A stretch of DNA of 54,891 nt from Candidatus Latescibacterota bacterium. Lineage in GTDB: Bacteria; Latescibacterota; UBA2968. Below the pieces are notes generated by a model. It was not told where the DNA came from and ran no database searches. It saw only the letters and a program-made list of their open reading frames with translations. This document shows, piece by piece, positions 49,587 to 54,891 of the stretch. Both the position numbers and the translations under genes were made by a program. The DNA lies in NCBI GenBank assembly GCA_022822565.1, contig JAJEAX010000417.1, positions 1 to 54,891 of the forward strand, written 5' to 3'. The first letter of the stretch is position 1. Each line of letters begins with the position of its first letter.

Positions 49587-50582
49587 CTACGGCAACCTCC
49601 GAAATCGCGTATTGCCCAGCACCAATTCCAATGATAGCAACGCCAACCCGGGATAGAGAAACAGGTGAAACAACTCGCGATAATCCACATATTCGCGCAC
49701 TTTGATCTCTGTCTTTTCCATTTCGCCAATCTCGGCGTATATCTCCTCCAGCTTTTCTTCACTCGTCGCTCTGAAATATTTTCCACCTGTTGCATCCGCC
49801 ACTTTTTTAAGCGTCTCTTCGTCTATCTCAACTTTGACCGGCACAAATCGCTTACCAAAAATCCCATCGACCTCCTGCATAATCGTTCCCCTGCTACCCG
49901 CACCAATCGCATAAATGCGAATACCCACAGCCTCTGCTGCTCGCGCCGCGGTCATCGGGTCGATCTCACCGCGATTATTCTTCCCATCTGTCAATAAAAT
50001 AATCACCTTGCTCTTGGCCTCAGATTCTCGCAAACGATTCACCGCAGTTGCAATACCCAAACCAATCGCAGTGCCATCCCAGTCTTTGCCGGCAATTTCA
50101 ACGCCATCGAGAAAACTCAAAAACACGCCGTAATCCAGCGTAAGCGGGCATTGCGTATAGGCTTCTGCGGCAAAGACCACAAGCCCCAGACGATCATTGG
50201 CGCGGCCCTGTGCAAATTGCGCCACCACCTCTTTGCACACTTCCAACCGCGTCTTGCGCTGGTCTGCCAGATCTTTCGCCTCCATACTGCTCGACACATC
50301 AATTGCCAGCGCAATATCAATGCCCTGACTTAAAATTTCTCGGCCCTCGCGCCCCGACTGCGGCCGCGCCATCGCCGCGATGAGCAAAGCCAGAGCCACA
50401 CAGCGAAACGCGATCAAACAATGCCGCAACCTCAGCGAAAAAGATGGGCCAATACGCCGAAAAAGGCGCGTATCGGAAAAACGAATGCGCCCCGACTTGC
50501 GCCTTTCGCGCCCAATATAGCGATAGATGAGTACCGGAATAAACAACAGGAGCAATAACCACTCCGGATTGGCAAAACGCAT
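49587..50582 (-). CDS. batA: VWA-domain membrane protein BatA-like
   Basis: 331 aa from the ATG at 50582. DIALAIDVSSSM MIDAS motif. TAGATG junction with batB. Confidence 0.85.
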   Translation of the reverse strand: MRFANPEWLLLLLFIPVLIYRYIGRERRKSGRIRFSDTRLFRRIGPSFSLRLRHCLIAFRCVALALLIAAMARPQSGREGREILSQGIDIALAIDVSSSMEAKDLADQRKTRLEVCKEVVAQFAQGRANDRLGLVVFAAEAYTQCPLTLDYGVFLSFLDGVEIAGKDWDGTAIGLGIATAVNRLRESEAKSKVIILLTDGKNNRGEIDPMTAARAAEAVGIRIYAIGAGSRGTIMQEVDGIFGKRFVPVKVEIDEETLKKVADATGGKYFRATSEEKLEEIYAEIGEMEKTEIKVREYVDYRELFHLFLYPGLALLSLELVLGNTRFRRLP

Positions 50583-51499
50583 CACTCGGCTACCTCCTGC
50601 GTCACAGAAGGTGTAACCAGAGTGCTCACAATGTCGCGCACGCTATCCATCGCCTCGCGCGCCATGTAATCACGCGGTGCAAATTTGGCAAACTTGACCC
50701 GGTCTGCTTCATTCAAAAAACTTTCTATAGCCATCACCAATTGGTCGTCAAACGCCTGAGCACGCAGATCCCGCCCAATTTCAAACGTCGTACGCTCCAG
50801 TGCCTGTACGGGAGTTTTTTCTTCCAAACACCGCCTCAAAACAGCCGACAATAGAGAATAATACTGCCGGTAATTTTCCTGCTCTATCAGCCCCAACTGC
50901 CCCACTCTGTCCAATTCCTCTAACCAGTTGACAGGCGGCGGGGGCAACTCGGATCTGGGGCGACGCCTGCGTCGATAAACATACCAGACCAATCCTGCAA
51001 GCAATAGAATCAGCCCGCCAACCGCCAGCCAAAACCACACGGGAATCTGTGCCACCACAACCATCGGAGGCTTCACATCGCGAATATCCGTTGTGCCTTC
51101 TGGTCTGACACTCCGCACCAATACATCAATGGGTTGCGACGTAATTTTTCCAGAATCTCCCTCTGCATCGACAAAATGCACAGAAACGGGTGGCACGCGA
51201 AATGCGCCCACCTGATAAATCGCCAGCACGATGTCTTGCGTTTCCCGCACCCGTCCATTTTCAAGTTGCTCTGTTTCAACCCCGCCCGTGTACCGAATTT
51301 CAAATGGCTGGGGAAAATCTTTCTCATACGAGATTTCCGCCTTATCATCAGCCCCGCGATGGATGCGCAGACGCAAAACAAAAGGGTCGCCAATTGTAAT
51401 GGTATCGCGGTCAACCCCTGTCAAAAATTCTACCGCTGCACTGATCGGAACCGGTTGTATTCCGAACCAAATTGCGAATAAAAAATAAATCGCACGCAT
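50582..51499 (-). CDS. membrane protein: BatD-N-like periplasmic domain + TM + DUF4381-like C-domain
   Basis: 305 aa. Signal peptide, VDRDTITIGDPFVLRLRI similar to the BatD N-terminus, TM then RRRRRPR, and a C-terminal ...EADRVKFAKFAP... DUF4381-type tail. Confidence 0.6.
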   Translation of the reverse strand: MRAIYFLFAIWFGIQPVPISAAVEFLTGVDRDTITIGDPFVLRLRIHRGADDKAEISYEKDFPQPFEIRYTGGVETEQLENGRVRETQDIVLAIYQVGAFRVPPVSVHFVDAEGDSGKITSQPIDVLVRSVRPEGTTDIRDVKPPMVVVAQIPVWFWLAVGGLILLLAGLVWYVYRRRRRPRSELPPPPVNWLEELDRVGQLGLIEQENYRQYYSLLSAVLRRCLEEKTPVQALERTTFEIGRDLRAQAFDDQLVMAIESFLNEADRVKFAKFAPRDYMAREAMDSVRDIVSTLVTPSVTQEVAE

Positions 51500-51520
51500 T
51501 ACCGTCCATTATGCTCCATC

Positions 51521-52876
51521 TTATATTGCGCCTGAAGTCCAATTGAATTGCAACCACGACATCACCGAATACGGCAACACAACCACCTCGCGGTGTGTTT
51601 TGGCCGTGCCGTACCAAAAATTGTTGGCCTGCCCAATGATCAGTTCTTGCACCAGAGTTTCACCCCGCCACAGAGAAACCGTCAGCACGGGATCATTCAG
51701 ACTATCTGCGGCGGATTTATCCACTTGATCGGGAAACTCGGCAACGACCAGATTGTGAACGCGGTCAATCAAATCTTCAATGTTGGCGTCCTCTTTGACA
51801 ACGCGCCTATCTCCTACCACCACCTGCCATAAGCCATCCCCATCTTTTGCACAATTCACCACGCTGTCTCGATAGGCCAACCGCACGCGATCAACTCCTG
51901 TGCGATCAAACTCAAAAACGCGCTTGTAACGCAATTGGCTCAATGGAATATCCAGAGATTCTGGGAGCAATTGTTCGACGATAAACACCTGGGGACGACT
52001 CATTATGCGCCCATACCACAGTTTCTGCCGATTATTGGGAACGCGCTTGCCCAACAACAGCGTATTGGGCACTTCGTTATCTATTAAATGCAACACAACT
52101 TTGTAATCCGGATTGTCGAACCCGTAAGTTGTGGGATCATCCACCGCCTCTTTGTGAAAAGAGGCAACGCGCTCATCTTTCAACTGTCTCAACAATGTCA
52201 AAATCTCGCGCGCATCAGCCCGCTCTTTTATCGGCTGAACGAGATGCCACTTCAACCCATCCCGCACGACCTCATAAACACCTCCAGGCGTTTGGAAATA
52301 CGCCCGCGAAACCAGATCGGGATCAAAGGAAAACGCCCGCGTATCGCGCAATGCCATCAGCGGACGATTAAACCGCGCGCGATATTGTTTTTTTGTCAAT
52401 ACAACCTTATCCCCTCCCGACCAGGTCAGATAGCACCCCTGCTTTGAGGGAATATCATCGCCAAAAAACAACCACACGGGATCGCCTGATACCGGTTCAA
52501 ATCGCACCTCAACCACGGGCGGATCCAGCCCAAAATCGGCGAGATTAGTCCCTGCGTAATCGCCTTCATCAATCACGACACGACCGCGTTCAACAATCTG
52601 TGCGATCTCGATCATACCCTCAAATTCTATCCAATCTGCAGGCACTTCTATCGGCGCGATCAGCACCCACTCATTGCCGCGCTTCTCAGCGATAAAGTGC
52701 CCGTAGTCATTGGTCAATGTCAACCGCGCAACGCCGTGCCGCTGAACTTCAATAAACGCATTCTTCGCCTCAATCTCGCGTTGTTCCTCTGCCATGCGAG
52801 GGCGTTCAAATAAAAAGACAAACCCCACCAGGCCCAAAAGCAAAACCGCCAAAATCGCTGTCACCTTAATACCCAC
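51521..52876 (-). CDS. DUF4340 domain protein
   Basis: 451 aa from the GTG at 52876, after AGAGGA. N-terminal TM. Usual partner of GldG-type proteins. Confidence 0.7.
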   Translation of the reverse strand: MGIKVTAILAVLLLGLVGFVFLFERPRMAEEQREIEAKNAFIEVQRHGVARLTLTNDYGHFIAEKRGNEWVLIAPIEVPADWIEFEGMIEIAQIVERGRVVIDEGDYAGTNLADFGLDPPVVEVRFEPVSGDPVWLFFGDDIPSKQGCYLTWSGGDKVVLTKKQYRARFNRPLMALRDTRAFSFDPDLVSRAYFQTPGGVYEVVRDGLKWHLVQPIKERADAREILTLLRQLKDERVASFHKEAVDDPTTYGFDNPDYKVVLHLIDNEVPNTLLLGKRVPNNRQKLWYGRIMSRPQVFIVEQLLPESLDIPLSQLRYKRVFEFDRTGVDRVRLAYRDSVVNCAKDGDGLWQVVVGDRRVVKEDANIEDLIDRVHNLVVAEFPDQVDKSAADSLNDPVLTVSLWRGETLVQELIIGQANNFWYGTAKTHREVVVLPYSVMSWLQFNWTSGAI

Positions 52877-52890
52877 AATTTTTTCCTCTC

Positions 52891-54279
52891 TCAACGCCTG
52901 CGCCACCAGACCAGCACGCCCGCGACAATTGGAATACCAGGTAGCGCCAGCCAATACACCCACCGAATCCAAAATTCATCTCCAGGATTCAATGTCAGCG
53001 GGCGAAAAAGCGTACTTTTGGGCCGAATCGTAATTTTATCACGCGCCCTGAGCAACCAATTCGCTGCATTCATAAACAAATCGCCATTGCCCGCCACTTC
53101 CACAAAGCGATTGCTCGCAAAATCCGAATCGCCAAATACCACAATCCGCGCCCGCGCGCCACGCCGATCATCACCCGCCTTTGCAGCAATAGTGGTCGGG
53201 CCTTCCACGACCATCGCCAGCCACAGCGGTCCCGGGCGATCTGCCCCCGATGTGTATTCTACCGCCTCTTTGTCTTTGGCGGAAACAGCGTCTAAATTGG
53301 TCTCGCTCCAACTATTCGGCGAGGACAGCACCAGCGAAGAAACATCAGCACCAGGCAAAGATCCCACGCGTTCCATAGAGCGCGTCAGCGGATAAAACGT
53401 CTGCAATCCCGAGTGCTTATCCGTAATGGGATGTTTGCTGTAATGTGTCGTCACAGGAACCGAAAAATCCGCGCCCGGCAGCACCTGGCTTTTATCAACC
53501 ACAAAATCATTTCGCAGGCCAATAGACCACTTGTGCAACAGCGGCTCAAGCCCCGTATCGATGAGAGGATCCAACAAAAAGAACGCCGTCCCACCCTGAT
53601 TGAGATACGTCGCAACAATATCGATCTCTGCTGGCAAAAACGGGCGTTTTGGTCCCGCGACAATCAGCGCATCACAATCTTTTGGCACGCGCTGTGATTG
53701 CGCCAGCACCAGGGATGGACGCACATCGTGGTTGCCTTCTATGAGCAACTTCTTGATCCCGGAAAATCCCTGCTCTGATTGATCGTCGGGATGCGCCTCA
53801 TCGTGTCCCCCCACAAAATATACCACCTGCCGCTCTTCGCTCATCAAACGCGCAATGCCATTGGTCAGTGCCTTTTCTGAAGTTTCCTGAATCCGCTCTT
53901 CCCGATTGCCGTATTCGATCACCGAAACACCATATCGCGTCACAGTATATCGCCTGGCCTCAATCGGCTCTCTGTCGGGATCGACAAACCGGTAAGCAAA
54001 ACGCCTCGAATGATAGGCGTACTGCTTGAGCAAATGCTCGTAATCGCGCTGCTCTGCTTCGCGGAAAAAGGCCACCACATTGACGTCCTCAGACAAATTT
54101 TCCAAAAGAGAAATCGTTTGGGGCGACAGCGTATAAAGACCGCGAGCCGTCAGGTCAAAGCGCGCGTGATACCGCGTGGTCAAAAAATTAACCACTGCCA
54201 GAATACACAGCGTGATCAACACTGCCACAAGGGCATTAGACCCGTATTTCAATATCCGATGCGATAAAAATTTGGGCAT
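52891..54279 (-). CDS. GldG-like ABC-transporter auxiliary component (ABC_transp_aux family)
   Basis: 462 aa. N-terminal TM, ...RFDLTARGLYTLSPQT... motif, C-terminal TM ending WWRRR. Confidence 0.75.
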   Translation of the reverse strand: MPKFLSHRILKYGSNALVAVLITLCILAVVNFLTTRYHARFDLTARGLYTLSPQTISLLENLSEDVNVVAFFREAEQRDYEHLLKQYAYHSRRFAYRFVDPDREPIEARRYTVTRYGVSVIEYGNREERIQETSEKALTNGIARLMSEERQVVYFVGGHDEAHPDDQSEQGFSGIKKLLIEGNHDVRPSLVLAQSQRVPKDCDALIVAGPKRPFLPAEIDIVATYLNQGGTAFFLLDPLIDTGLEPLLHKWSIGLRNDFVVDKSQVLPGADFSVPVTTHYSKHPITDKHSGLQTFYPLTRSMERVGSLPGADVSSLVLSSPNSWSETNLDAVSAKDKEAVEYTSGADRPGPLWLAMVVEGPTTIAAKAGDDRRGARARIVVFGDSDFASNRFVEVAGNGDLFMNAANWLLRARDKITIRPKSTLFRPLTLNPGDEFWIRWVYWLALPGIPIVAGVLVWWRRR

Positions 54280-54329
54280 AAAATTATCCTCTACCTCTCC
54301 TCAGTCTCCACTTCCCTCTCACCTGTATC

Positions 54330-54363
54330 CATCTATGTTCATCTGCGTTCATCTGCGGATGCG
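54330..54363 (-). repeat. tandem decamer element, copy C (overlaps the ackA 3' end)
   Basis: Plus strand CATCTATGTT CATCTGCGTT CATCTGCGGATGCG. The ackA stop at 54339-54341 lies inside it. Confidence 0.75.
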
Positions 54364-54891
54364 CCTTTCAAGTATGCGGCTACTGCGCGTGCCACAATAA
54401 CTTCTTCGTCGGTTTGGACAATCAGAACGGCGACTTCGCTGTTAGATGTCGAGATTATCCCCTCTGCGGGAGGATCGACATTTGCGGTCTCGTCGAGATG
54501 AACGCCTAAGTATTCGAGACCGTTACAGACACGCTGGCGCACATTTGCTCCGCGTTCGCCAATTCCCCCGGCAAAAGCAATCGCATCCAGACCACTCAGC
54601 GCGGCAGAGCAAGCACCGATTTCTCTTTTGATCCCATAACAAAATGCCTCCAGAGCAAGACGTGCGCGCGCGTGTCCTTGTTGAGAGGCTTCTTCAAGAT
54701 CGCGCACATCGCCGCTAATACCCGAAATACCGAGCAAACCGCTTTCTTCTGACAAGATGCGGCTCATCTCGCTTGTCGATAAATTTTCGCGGTCCATTAT
54801 ATAGGGAATAATGAACGGGTCAATAGTTCCAATGCGCGTGCTATTGATGATACCCGCTTGAGGCGAGAAGCCCATCGAGGTATCTATGGAT
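54339..54891 (-). CDS. ackA: acetate kinase, C-terminal part (5' end outside window)
   Basis: The open frame continues to the window edge (..SIDTSMGFSPQAGII..GTIDP..). ASKHA-family motifs. Confidence 0.85.
   Translation of the reverse strand, partial: SIDTSMGFSPQAGIINSTRIGTIDPFIIPYIMDRENLSTSEMSRILSEESGLLGISGISGDVRDLEEASQQGHARARLALEAFCYGIKREIGACSAALSGLDAIAFAGGIGERGANVRQRVCNGLEYLGVHLDETANVDPPAEGIISTSNSEVAVLIVQTDEEVIVARAVAAYLKGASADERR

Overview
Bacterial chromosomal segment, almost entirely coded on the minus strand. No rRNA, CRISPR array, integrase or transposase was seen.

Gene content, left to right:
- 1-258: a small DUF104-type antitoxin and the first codons of a PIN toxin.
- 357-3685: a Leloir operon, galK plus an in-frame GalE-GalT fusion.
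- 3957-4430: greA on the plus strand, preceded by a structured leader.
- 4520-33794: a very compact ~29 kb translation/transcription supercluster. In transcription order it runs tRNA-Tyr/Gly/Thr/Trp, secE, nusG, rplKAJL, rpoBC, rpsLG, fusA, tuf, then the S10, spc and alpha operons to rplQ. It lacks adk, map, infA and rpmG at their usual positions.
- 33958-38519: housekeeping genes, namely a TIM-barrel sugar isomerase, a DUF4013 membrane protein, a trans-sulfuration PLP enzyme with a structured leader, and thrC.
- 38578-44753: a ~6.5 kb accessory island. It holds a DUF2442/DUF4160 pair, an orphan XRE regulator, an uncharacterised cluster, VapBC, and a Tat-exported dioxygenase-like protein. The cluster comprises a large XRE protein, a translationally coupled DUF4258-like protein, a HEPN-like protein with three zinc ribbons, and a WG-repeat protein.
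- 45130-54279: an eight-gene operon joining GldG-like and DUF4340 genes to BatA-E-type aerotolerance genes, with no visible MoxR/DUF58.
- 54339-54891: the 3' part of ackA.

Main observations for follow-up:
1. The XRE / DUF4258-like / HEPN-zinc-ribbon cluster is the best candidate for an undescribed toxin-antitoxin or defence module.
2. A dispersed, orientation-fixed tandem decamer element (CATCTGCGNN)n-GGATACC lies at the 3' ends of three genes.
3. A ~49 nt promoter module is shared by two unrelated TA-like cassettes.
4. A 37 nt identical terminator occurs as direct repeats around a 1.9 kb segment.
5. A pseudoknot plus tandem-terminator leader lies upstream of the trans-sulfuration gene.

All family assignments come from reading the translations by eye. 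No database search was run.
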